Below are positions 16,037-23,451 of a DNA stretch of 25,236 nucleotides, one piece after another. The position numbers were made by a program, and so were the translations under genes. The number at the start of each line of letters is the position of its first letter. Position 1 is the first letter of the stretch. The notes under the pieces were generated by a model that was not told where the DNA came from, did no database searches, and worked only from the letters and a program-made list of their open reading frames with translations. Source of the stretch: a virus (lineage: Duplodnaviria; Caudoviricetes); the IMG/VR virus record IMGVR_UViG_3300010048_000037, positions 1 through 25,236 of that record; one strand, 5' to 3'.

Positions 16037-18466
16037 ATGGCTGACTACACCGACCTCTACCAAGGCGCCGGCCTTGCCGCCAACGTCGACCCGATGCTGT
16101 TGCGCGCGATCGCCCAGATCGAGAGTAGCGAAGGACGCAACGTCGGGCCGTCTTCTGCCGGCGCGAGGGGTGTGATGCAGTTCATCCCCGAAACGGCGGC
16201 GCACTACGGCGTCAACGTCAACGATCCGAGATCGTCGATCTACGGCGCGGGCCGCTACATCGACGATTTACTGCAATATTACGGCGGCGATCTTCATGCC
16301 GCGCTTTCGGCCTATGGCGGCGATTCCAGCGGAAAGCATGGTTACGCCAACAGCGTGCTCGCGAACTACCGCGCGCTGCAGAAGCCCGCGACCGCGAGCC
16401 CCTTCCTGCCGGGGAGCGTGCCTGGAGCGGAGAACTATCTCGCCGGATCAAATATCGACGAGATTGAAAAACATGTCGGCGAACCGCTGTCGAGCGTACC
16501 GGACACCAAGGCTGCAGCAACGACCGATTTCAAGGGTTCGCTCTTTGGTGGCGCACCGGCCGCAGCCCCGAGCGAAACGCAAACGGTGCCGCCAGCCGAT
16601 TTCAAGAACGGGCTTTTCGGGGCACCTCCTGCGCCCGCGCAAGGCGCGCCCGCAGCCCCTTCCACTACGCCCGCCACGACACAGGCTTCCGCGCCTTCTC
16701 CCTCTCCAGCGGCTCCGGCTGCGCCCGCAGCCGATGCCACGACGCCCTCTGCGACGCCGCTCGTAACGCCGCCCGAGCCTTCCTGGTGGGAGCGCAACGT
16801 CGCCGCTCCCGTGCGGGCGATGTACAATCCCACGACCGGGGAGCCGATGAACTATTTGCTGCAGCAACCATCGCTGCAAGCCATCGGCGCCGGCATCTTC
16901 CAAGGCGCGCGCAACGTTGCGCAGCGGTTCAACGAGTTCGAACAGAATGCCGACCAAGCGTGGCCGACGCTGGCGGCAATCGACCGCTCGGCCGGCGAAA
17001 CGCCCGACGTGCTTGCAGCCAGAGGTCAGCGTCTGCAGGCGCAAACCGCAGCCAACCGCACGCAATACGGCGACAGCTTGCCGTTTACTGGCGGTGAGAT
17101 TGCCGGCAACCTGCTCGCGACTTACCCGCTAGCGGCAAGTACCTGGGCGCTCAGAGGCATCGCCAATGCGGTGCCGCTCTTTCGCGGCGCAACCGAGGTT
17201 GCGAACATGGCAGGCGTGCCCGCGGCGCAAAATATCCTCACGACGCCGGGCCAGGACTGGCGGACTGCCGGGGCCGAGGGCGCAGCAGGCGGCCTTGCGG
17301 TTGGCGGCGTGCTCGGCAGTGTCGCCAATCAATTCACTCGCGGCGCCCTGGCACCTGCCATACAGGATGCGCGCGACCTCGGGTTCAAACTCTCGACCGG
17401 CGACGAGCGCGGCGGCCTGGCAAAGTGGGTCGAGGACTACACCAAGTATTTTCCGGGCAGCGGCGCCACGCGAAAGGCCGCCGAATACAGGTCAGTGATT
17501 AACGATGTCCTCAATCGCAACATGGGGATGCCGGGCGATACGCTGACTCAAGCGACATTGCAAACGGCTCGTGCCCGTGCCGGTCAGCTCATGGATCAAG
17601 TGCGGGGCGTTACCGTCGATGCCAACCGCGATCCGCAACTGCTGACACAGCTCGGCGACATCGCCCATGAGGCAGGACAGCAGCCGCAGACTGGCACTTC
17701 GATCACCAACATGGTCGATGTGATCCAAAACACCGCTGCCAAAAATGGCGGAGTGCTGCCCGGCAACGTGATGCACGACCTTATCAAGCAGGGAACTCCG
17801 CTCGACAGGCTGACTAATTCAAAAGATCCGGTCATCAAGGATTTTGCGCACCGTATCGAGACCGCGCTGCAGGATTCGGTTTCGCGAACCGGCGACCCAG
17901 CAATTTACGGCGCGCAACAAGCAGCGGCAAACCAACAGGCCGTTGATGCATTTAACACCGGTCGCTACTTCTGGAAGACGATCAAGACCGTTGAGCCGCT
18001 GGTAGATAAAACCGGCACGGCTGATGATGCGACCTATTCCGCGCTCGCGCGGCGCATCCAAGGCACCGTTGCTAATCCCAATTTTGACCCGCGATTTGCT
18101 GGCGGTAACCAAGACATGCAGAAGCTGGCGCGCGTGCTAAACGGGCCGCTTGAGAAACTTCCGGAAAGTGGTACCGGGCGACAACTGATTATCGGCAATC
18201 TACTTAGCGGCGGCGGCGAAGGCGGTCTCGGCTTGGCTACGCATATTTTTGCACCGCAGAATTTCGGCACCTATCTGCAGGATGTCGTGGCACCGACGCT
18301 GGCGGCCATCGGTGGCGGGCGCATCCTGCGCTATGGGCCTGGCCTGGGATTGGCACCGGTCGAAGCCGCGCGCCAGCTCTTCAATCCGCTTCTGCCGCGC
18401 ATCGCCGGCCCCAGCATAGCGACCAACCGACTTCTGGCCGCGCCGCAACCGGGGCAGCAACAATGA
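16037..18466 (+). CDS. Large ejection protein with N-terminal lytic transglycosylase (SLT) domain
   Basis: LLRAIAQIESS (catalytic Glu), SSAGARGVMQFIPETA, ALSAYGG; then a P/A/T linker and a helical body with hydrophobic Gly-rich segments. Confidence 0.82.
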   Translation: MADYTDLYQGAGLAANVDPMLLRAIAQIESSEGRNVGPSSAGARGVMQFIPETAAHYGVNVNDPRSSIYGAGRYIDDLLQYYGGDLHAALSAYGGDSSGKHGYANSVLANYRALQKPATASPFLPGSVPGAENYLAGSNIDEIEKHVGEPLSSVPDTKAAATTDFKGSLFGGAPAAAPSETQTVPPADFKNGLFGAPPAPAQGAPAAPSTTPATTQASAPSPSPAAPAAPAADATTPSATPLVTPPEPSWWERNVAAPVRAMYNPTTGEPMNYLLQQPSLQAIGAGIFQGARNVAQRFNEFEQNADQAWPTLAAIDRSAGETPDVLAARGQRLQAQTAANRTQYGDSLPFTGGEIAGNLLATYPLAASTWALRGIANAVPLFRGATEVANMAGVPAAQNILTTPGQDWRTAGAEGAAGGLAVGGVLGSVANQFTRGALAPAIQDARDLGFKLSTGDERGGLAKWVEDYTKYFPGSGATRKAAEYRSVINDVLNRNMGMPGDTLTQATLQTARARAGQLMDQVRGVTVDANRDPQLLTQLGDIAHEAGQQPQTGTSITNMVDVIQNTAAKNGGVLPGNVMHDLIKQGTPLDRLTNSKDPVIKDFAHRIETALQDSVSRTGDPAIYGAQQAAANQQAVDAFNTGRYFWKTIKTVEPLVDKTGTADDATYSALARRIQGTVANPNFDPRFAGGNQDMQKLARVLNGPLEKLPESGTGRQLIIGNLLSGGGEGGLGLATHIFAPQNFGTYLQDVVAPTLAAIGGGRILRYGPGLGLAPVEAARQLFNPLLPRIAGPSIATNRLLAAPQPGQQQ

Positions 18467-18468
18467 GG

Positions 18469-18723
18469 CTACCACCAACCCATCGCGCCGCTGAAATAGA
18501 TAACTATGAGCGCGATGGCATAAGGCAGCATCAACCAGTAGGCGACTTTCTGCAGCTTACCGACCCACGGCGGCAGGTTACGCAGCAGCTCGTCGGGGAT
18601 CGGATCGTACATATTGAGCCCAGGCCGCGCATTCGGCATCTCGGGCGGCACGTAACCGGGTTGCCCTTGCGGGTAAAGCCGCGCGTCGATGTAGTTGAAG
18701 GCTCTGCGCCATATCGGGTTCAT
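18469..18723 (-). CDS. Small membrane protein (moron)
   Basis: C-terminal TM segment VAYWLMLPYAIALIVIYFSGAMGWW; converges with the SLT gene. Confidence 0.65.
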   Translation of the reverse strand: MNPIWRRAFNYIDARLYPQGQPGYVPPEMPNARPGLNMYDPIPDELLRNLPPWVGKLQKVAYWLMLPYAIALIVIYFSGAMGWW

Positions 18724-18735
18724 CGCTCAGCGCTC

Positions 18736-18990
18736 CTATGCCCGGCTTGCGTTGATCGCCGCGGCAATCGCTGCGACCTGGGCGCTCACCTCGGCCCGCT
18801 GCGCACGGAACTCTTCGGCGAGATCATGACGCAAGGCGCCAATCTCCGTGGTGAACCTGTTTTCCAGCCCGTCGAATCTGTCCTCGAGCCGGTCGATCCG
18901 CTTGTCGAGGCGCGTGAACAGGAAGGCGAAAAGGCCGAAACCGACTGCCCAGAGCGCCACGAGCGCCGAGAACTGTGTGAGATCGGTCAT
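18736..18990 (-). CDS. N-terminal TM plus coiled-coil small protein (moron)
   Basis: TM FSALVALWAVGFGLFAFLF followed by heptads RLDKRIDRLEDRFDGLENRF. Confidence 0.75.
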   Translation of the reverse strand: MTDLTQFSALVALWAVGFGLFAFLFTRLDKRIDRLEDRFDGLENRFTTEIGALRHDLAEEFRAQRAEVSAQVAAIAAAINASRA

Positions 18991-19226
18991 CGCAGCATCC
19001 CCAGCGTGTGCAAGGTGCCCACGGTCGAGGCGATGACGCCGGCCATGCCAAAGACCGTGACGAGGATGCCGGTGAACATCGCCATCAATGACGGCTTGCC
19101 GTCGATCTTGGCTTCGAGGCGGACGAGATCGACCCGTATTTCGGTGCGGAAATCCCTCAGTTCGTCGCGCAGTGCCGCCAGATCAGTCTGCAGGCGTTCC
19201 ATCTCATCCCATGATAGAATTGTCAT
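18987..19226 (-). CDS. Coiled-coil plus C-terminal TM small protein (moron)
   Basis: Heptads LQTDLAALRDELRDFRTEIR..LEAKID followed by a TM segment; ATGA overlap with the next gene. Confidence 0.72.
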   Translation of the reverse strand: MTILSWDEMERLQTDLAALRDELRDFRTEIRVDLVRLEAKIDGKPSLMAMFTGILVTVFGMAGVIASTVGTLHTLGMLR

Positions 19227-19246
19227 GCATCATCGGGGGTTAATCT

Positions 19247-19456
19247 ATGCCTGATAGTGGCGAATTGCAACTGTCGCAAGATGCGTCAGTCACGCTTCCA
19301 CCGGATGACTGGCGGCTGATAATCGCAGGGCTCAACGAGCTGCCGGCAAAACATGCCAATCCGGTGCTGCAGCGGGTGATCGCCGGGCTGCAGGCCTCGG
19401 CCAAGCTGCAGCAGATCGTTCCGATGGGGACGCGGCCAAAGGGGAGTGCGGCATAG
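19247..19456 (+). CDS. Small hypothetical tail-region protein
   Basis: GGGGG SD; IIAGLNELPAKHANPVL motif; stop directly adjacent to the next ATG. Confidence 0.65.
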   Translation: MPDSGELQLSQDASVTLPPDDWRLIIAGLNELPAKHANPVLQRVIAGLQASAKLQQIVPMGTRPKGSAA

Positions 19457-20674
19457 ATGGCGTCACCCGATAATCCCGAACCCACCAGGATTCCCGCCCC
19501 TCCCGGGGTGACCGCCACCCCCTCGGGGCCGATGCCCGGGCCTTGGCTTTCCTACGACAGCAAGGATTATCCGCGCCTGGTGTTCTCCGCGCCCAGGTTC
19601 GAGGTGATCGCGATTGCCGACATTATCCAGCCCTCGGTTCTCGAAGCCGTGCAAGGCATGCTGCCGAGCTTGGTGCCGCCTTATGTGACCCAAGCTGCGC
19701 AAGATGCTGTTAATGCGCTGGCGGTGCGGCGTGTCGGCGACACGATGTCTGGAGCTCTACTTTTGAGTCCGACGATTCCGACCGCGCCGACGATGGCGGC
19801 CAGTAAACAATACGTCGACACGCAGGTGGCAACCGCGGTGCCCGAGGTCCCCGCGGTGCCCGCTGGACAGAGCTGGGCGCGGCAAACCGGGCAATGGGTG
19901 GCGCTCTCCGGCGGCGGCACAATCACCGGGGTGACGGCGGGATCGGGGCTGTCGGGCGGCGGCGTCTCCGGCACGGTGACGATCAGCATCCAGAACCAGG
20001 GCGTCACCAATGCGATGCTGAACTTGGCGCCGGCGACAACCCTGAAGGGTAACGGCACCGGGTCCTCGGCCTCGCCGACGGACCTCTCCGCGACTCAAGT
20101 GATGGCGATGCTCAACGCCGCGCCGATCAATAGCCCCGTCTTCACCGGCTCGCCTTCGATGCCGACGGGATCCTTCGGGGTGACGCAGGCACCGGGTAAT
20201 TCATCGACCGCCTTGGCGACTACCGCCTTTGTCGGGGCGGCAATTGCCGGGATTGTCGGGGTGAGCAGTTTCAACACCCGCACCGGCGCGGTGACCCTAG
20301 CTCTAGCCGATGTGACCGGGGTGGGGGGAGCCCCCATCAACGCGCCCAATTTTACCGGTATTCCGACCGCCAGTACCGCCGCCGTCGATACAATGTCGAC
20401 GCAGCTGGCGACTTGCCAGTTTGTCCTGACCCAAGCTTCCGCGACGCTCCCGCTGGTCAATGGCACTGCGGCGATCGGTACGACCACGCGCTTTGCCCGG
20501 GCCGATCACGTCCACCCGACCGATCCCTTGATCGCGACCCGTGCCAAAATCCCCACCATCAGCGATACCGCGCCCGCGAGCCCTTCGCCCGGCGATCTCT
20601 GGCTCGATTCGGTCGGAATGGGGACCTACATTTATTATTCCGACGGCACCTCTTCGCAGTGGATAGGGGTGTAA
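19457..20674 (+). CDS. Tail fibre-like protein
   Basis: GDTMSGAL, AASKQYVD, GTITGVTAGSGLSGGG, two APIN.P.FTG.P repeats, LATTAFV, VSSFNTRTGAVTL, ARADHVHP. Confidence 0.8.
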   Translation: MASPDNPEPTRIPAPPGVTATPSGPMPGPWLSYDSKDYPRLVFSAPRFEVIAIADIIQPSVLEAVQGMLPSLVPPYVTQAAQDAVNALAVRRVGDTMSGALLLSPTIPTAPTMAASKQYVDTQVATAVPEVPAVPAGQSWARQTGQWVALSGGGTITGVTAGSGLSGGGVSGTVTISIQNQGVTNAMLNLAPATTLKGNGTGSSASPTDLSATQVMAMLNAAPINSPVFTGSPSMPTGSFGVTQAPGNSSTALATTAFVGAAIAGIVGVSSFNTRTGAVTLALADVTGVGGAPINAPNFTGIPTASTAAVDTMSTQLATCQFVLTQASATLPLVNGTAAIGTTTRFARADHVHPTDPLIATRAKIPTISDTAPASPSPGDLWLDSVGMGTYIYYSDGTSSQWIGV

Positions 20675-20677
20675 ACC

Positions 20678-21838
20678 ATGGCCTTTAACTTCCCAGATAC
20701 GCCGACCACTGGTCAGACCGTGACGGCTCCGACGGGGCAATTCCGGTGGGATGGCGTCAAATGGGTCTTACTCGGGCCGACGGCTTACGCCACGCCCAGC
20801 AACCCCAACAAGCTGCTCAACCCCTTCATGGAGATCGACCAGGCCAATGAGGGGGCGGCGGTTACTGCAACAGGGAGTAGCCGGTGCATAGATGGCTTCT
20901 ATGCTACGATAACGAGCAGTAGTGCGACGGCTAGTTCTCAACGAAGTACTACTGCGCCACCTACCGGCTATTCCTTTTCTCTGGCCTATACGATGGGAAC
21001 CGCAGCCAGTTCTATAGCTGCTGGGGATAACATCCAGATATTTCAGAATATAGAGGCAGACGATATAAACGATACTGCTTTCGGTACTGCCAACGCTCAG
21101 CCGTTGACTTTCTCGTTCTGGGCCGCTTGCACCGTAGCGGGAACTTATGCTGTGAGCCTGCGGAACGGAGCAGCCAATCGCTCTTATGTTTCTCCGTTCA
21201 CGATAACGACCGCTAATACTTGGCAACTGTTCACAGTGACGATCCCAGGCGATACCGCTGGTACCTGGGCCTTGTCTGGCAATGCTGGCGCAATGTCGGT
21301 AGTGATCACCCTCATGTCTGGAACAACCTATCAGACTAGCTCGCCTAACACTTGGCTGGCTGGAATATTCCTAGCGGCGACTGGCATTACTAACACGTTT
21401 GCTCAGACTGCAAACGCAGTCTTCCGCCTCGGCCCCTGCAAGCTTGAGGTCGGCTCCACCGCCACCCCCATGCTGCGGCAGAGCTTCCAGCAGGAACTGG
21501 CGAGGTGCCAGAGATACTATGAGAAGAGCTACCCGCTTGGGACGGCAGTGGGAAGTGTCTTTGGTTCCGGCACATGGCAAACCCAGTTTATAGCTGCGGG
21601 AGCAGCTAATTATATGACTTGTACGGCATCTTACAAAACAACCAAGCGGGCCACGCCTACAGTCACAGTGTACAGCTACACAGGCGCAGCCAATACTGTA
21701 GCGGCATACCAAGGTTCATGGGCGTCGTATACCGGGGCTGTTGGCGCTAATAACATGACGGGACACGTTGCTTATGCAAGCGGCCCCAGTAGCGCAACTA
21801 TGGAAACCTACGACTGGGTCGCAGACGCGAGGCTCTGA
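20678..21838 (+). CDS. Tail fibre / receptor-binding protein with carbohydrate-binding-like domain
   Basis: MAFNFPDTP..FRWDGVKW, NKLLNPFMEIDQ, QNIE, LTFSFW, KLEVGSTATP, ELARCQRYYEK, KRATPTV, C-terminal ADARL. Confidence 0.8.
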   Translation: MAFNFPDTPTTGQTVTAPTGQFRWDGVKWVLLGPTAYATPSNPNKLLNPFMEIDQANEGAAVTATGSSRCIDGFYATITSSSATASSQRSTTAPPTGYSFSLAYTMGTAASSIAAGDNIQIFQNIEADDINDTAFGTANAQPLTFSFWAACTVAGTYAVSLRNGAANRSYVSPFTITTANTWQLFTVTIPGDTAGTWALSGNAGAMSVVITLMSGTTYQTSSPNTWLAGIFLAATGITNTFAQTANAVFRLGPCKLEVGSTATPMLRQSFQQELARCQRYYEKSYPLGTAVGSVFGSGTWQTQFIAAGAANYMTCTASYKTTKRATPTVTVYSYTGAANTVAAYQGSWASYTGAVGANNMTGHVAYASGPSSATMETYDWVADARL

Positions 21839-22038
21839 TGCAGTACTACCTCCCACCCCCGCCCCCCGAGGGCATGCCCGCCTCCGACTGCATCGTGCGC
21901 GAGGACGGGGCATGGATACCGCCCGACGAGGCCAACCGCGACTATGCCGAGTACCAGGCGTGGTGCGCCGAGGGCAACACCGCGCAGCCGTGGCCCGAGG
22001 GCGGGCCCACCTTCGTCCAACCACAACCGCCACCATAG
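21838..22038 (+). CDS. Small fibre-associated protein (putative assembly chaperone)
   Basis: DGAWIPPDEANRDYAEYQAWCAEGN motif, typically found after this fibre type; TGATG coupling. Confidence 0.72.
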   Translation: MQYYLPPPPPEGMPASDCIVREDGAWIPPDEANRDYAEYQAWCAEGNTAQPWPEGGPTFVQPQPPP

Positions 22039-22049
22039 AGGAGGACATT

Positions 22050-22196
22050 ATGGCACGTTCAACCCACACCGACGACGAAACCGAAGCTGCCCCGGAAGAC
22101 ACCCCGGCGACAACCCCGGCGCCGCCAACCTTGGAGGAAAGAGTCGCCAAACTCGAAGAGCAGATGAAGCGCGCCGCGGCGCTGATCGGCGAGTAA
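22050..22196 (+). CDS. Small acidic protein (48 aa) with TLEERVAKLEE coil
   Basis: Strong GAGGAGG SD; ATG at 22050. Confidence 0.65.
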   Translation: MARSTHTDDETEAAPEDTPATTPAPPTLEERVAKLEEQMKRAAALIGE

Positions 22197-22198
22197 AC

Positions 22199-22447
22199 TC
22201 AAGCTGCCTGCGACCTGATGCTCCTTTCGAGGGCGAGGCGGACTCCCTCGAGCGCCTCTTGCCGCTCGGAGACGAGCGCCAGCATCCGTCGCACCGCAGC
22301 CTCGGGGATCGCGTTCTGGTAGGTCGTCCAGCGGCGCAGGCTCATGTCTGAGACGCCGAGGTCGCGTGAGAGGGCGCGGCGCCAGTTGGGGCCATAGAGC
22401 GCCTCTCCCAAGGCTTCGATCGCAGCATCGGGGATGATGTAACGCAT
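22199..22447 (-). CDS. HTH DNA-binding protein (82 aa)
   Basis: From MRYIIP: GEALYGPNWRRALSRDLGVSDMSLRRW is an XRE-like HTH. Confidence 0.72.
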   Translation of the reverse strand: MRYIIPDAAIEALGEALYGPNWRRALSRDLGVSDMSLRRWTTYQNAIPEAAVRRMLALVSERQEALEGVRLALERSIRSQAA

Positions 22448-22459
22448 GGCTGCAACATA

Positions 22460-22474
22460 GTCGCACTGTGCGAC
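22460..22474. promoter_or_regulatory. Palindromic operator candidate
   Basis: Perfect inverted repeat GTCGCAC-T-GTGCGAC between the divergent starts at 22447 and 22496. Confidence 0.5.
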
Positions 22475-22495
22475 ATGGGCAACAGGAGACGGGCG

Positions 22496-22705
22496 ATGAG
22501 TGTCGTTGGAAAGGGTCCGGATGCATCGGACATGCGCGAGAATAAATTGAGGCATGGGATCGACCGGGTGGAGAAGCAATTGAATGATCGCTGGCCCGCG
22601 CGAGGCAAGGCCAACACCCGCGGCGGCGAGTGGCGTCCCTATGACGATGTCAGCCGCGAGGGGCGGACCGAGCCCTACCGCAAATATCCCCAAGGGCGCT
22701 CATAG
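22496..22705 (+). CDS. Small basic hypothetical protein (69 aa)
   Basis: AGGAG SD at 22484-22488; ATG at 22496. Confidence 0.6.
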   Translation: MSVVGKGPDASDMRENKLRHGIDRVEKQLNDRWPARGKANTRGGEWRPYDDVSREGRTEPYRKYPQGRS

Positions 22706-22882
22706 CTCATCGTTTCTGTGGAACCCCCACCACTGATCCAAGGCTTTCTCGGCACGGTGGGCGATATCGTCCAAGGCACGCCGTAAGCGGTGATCGTTCA
22801 TCTCTCTCTTGTCCGCCGGGTGCGCCATCAGCGCCAGCGCGCGGATACCGGAGAGCAGATTGCACAATTGCTTGTCGGTCAT
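22700..22882 (-). CDS. Hypothetical protein
   Basis: ATGA overlap with the upstream - strand gene. Confidence 0.55.
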   Translation of the reverse strand: MTDKQLCNLLSGIRALALMAHPADKREMNDHRLRRALDDIAHRAEKALDQWWGFHRNDEL

Positions 22883-23100
22883 TCTTCGTCATCGACCAGG
22901 TGACGGGCCTTGACGATGCCCTCGAACGTCAGCCTCGGCTCGATGCGGATGAGCTCCTTCATCTCGGCGATGCTGATGTTGGGCGCGTCGGCGGCAAGCT
23001 CAAACTGGCAATCCCTGTGATTGGCAGCAAAGTTGCGCAGCTGCTCCAGCCATTCCCGGGCGTGCTCGTCCGGTACGGCGGCGATCGTCACGATCCGCAT
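22879..23100 (-). CDS. Hypothetical protein
   Basis: AAGGA SD; lies downstream of a promoter candidate. Confidence 0.6.
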   Translation of the reverse strand: MRIVTIAAVPDEHAREWLEQLRNFAANHRDCQFELAADAPNISIAEMKELIRIEPRLTFEGIVKARHLVDDEE

Positions 23101-23146
23101 CCGAATGTCCTTGGAGAGGCAGGAGGGGAATGTGCTGCCGAGGCCG

Positions 23147-23200
23147 AACCTGAAATATCAGGTTAGCTGATAATATCAGCCCATATCAGCGCCAGGTCAA
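23147..23200 (-). promoter_or_regulatory. Promoter candidate overlapped by ATATCAG palindromes
   Basis: - strand TTGACC (23200-23195), 17 nt, GATATT. Inverted repeats AACCTGA-N4-TCAGGTT and GCTGATA-A-TATCAGC. Confidence 0.45.
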
Positions 23201-23221
23201 GCCCCGCGTCGGCCATTTTTT

Positions 23222-23238
23222 TGGTGCCCGGTGAGGGA
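23222..23238 (-). other. Probable attP core (tRNA 3'-end copy, possibly tRNA-Leu)
   Basis: The - strand reads TCCCTCACCGGGCACCA, which parses as T-stem 3' strand + acceptor 3' strand + discriminator A + CCA. It lies ~210 nt downstream of the integrase, and the rest of a tRNA is absent. Confidence 0.7.
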
Positions 23239-23311
23239 GTACAAAACAGTCATTTCTGCATCAGGAGAACTTATATATGCGTTGCAAGCCTGGGTCAGAT
23301 GGAGAACATCC

Positions 23312-23329
23312 TCCCCACGTTTTCCCCAC
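23312..23329. repeat. Integrase arm-site-like direct repeats
   Basis: TCCCCAC at 23312 and 23323 (11-bp period), with an inverted copy GTGGGGA at 23479-23485. Confidence 0.45.
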
Positions 23330-23451
23330 AGCGAGGGGCATTTTTGGGCGTTTTGTTCCCGTTTCTGGCTTTTCAAGCCGTTGAAATCATTGATCCTTGG
23401 TGAGGCGCTAAAGCCCAATTACGGGCTAAACATTGTCACAATGTCAATAGC

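Noticed and set aside
14291-16204. 637-aa - strand ORF (also 8942..10123, 6074..6898, 7428..8210, 11880..12662)
   Set aside because: Antisense shadows of well-supported GC-rich + strand genes; Arg-rich and without recognisable motifs.
16526-16621. Duplicated DFKxxLFG motif in the SLT protein linker
   Set aside because: Real but short; most simply a local duplication in a disordered linker, with no further support for a function.
18463-19254. 263-aa + strand ORF bridging the SLT gene and 19247
   Set aside because: It overlaps three - strand ORFs with convincing TM and coiled-coil patterns, and its own translation looks like shadow sequence.
6590-19459. TAG recoding suggested by in-frame TAG-ATG junctions (6590, 10424, 19454)
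   Set aside because: The long conserved genes have no internal TAG, and each downstream gene has its own SD and ATG. Low-level readthrough cannot be excluded.
20678-21838. DGR target or shufflon in the receptor-binding gene
   Set aside because: No reverse transcriptase, template repeat, invertase or inverted crossover repeats are visible in the window.
23222-23310. Complete tRNA gene
   Set aside because: Only the 3'-terminal ~17-19 nt fit; there is no GTTC T-loop, anticodon arm or matching 5' acceptor strand.
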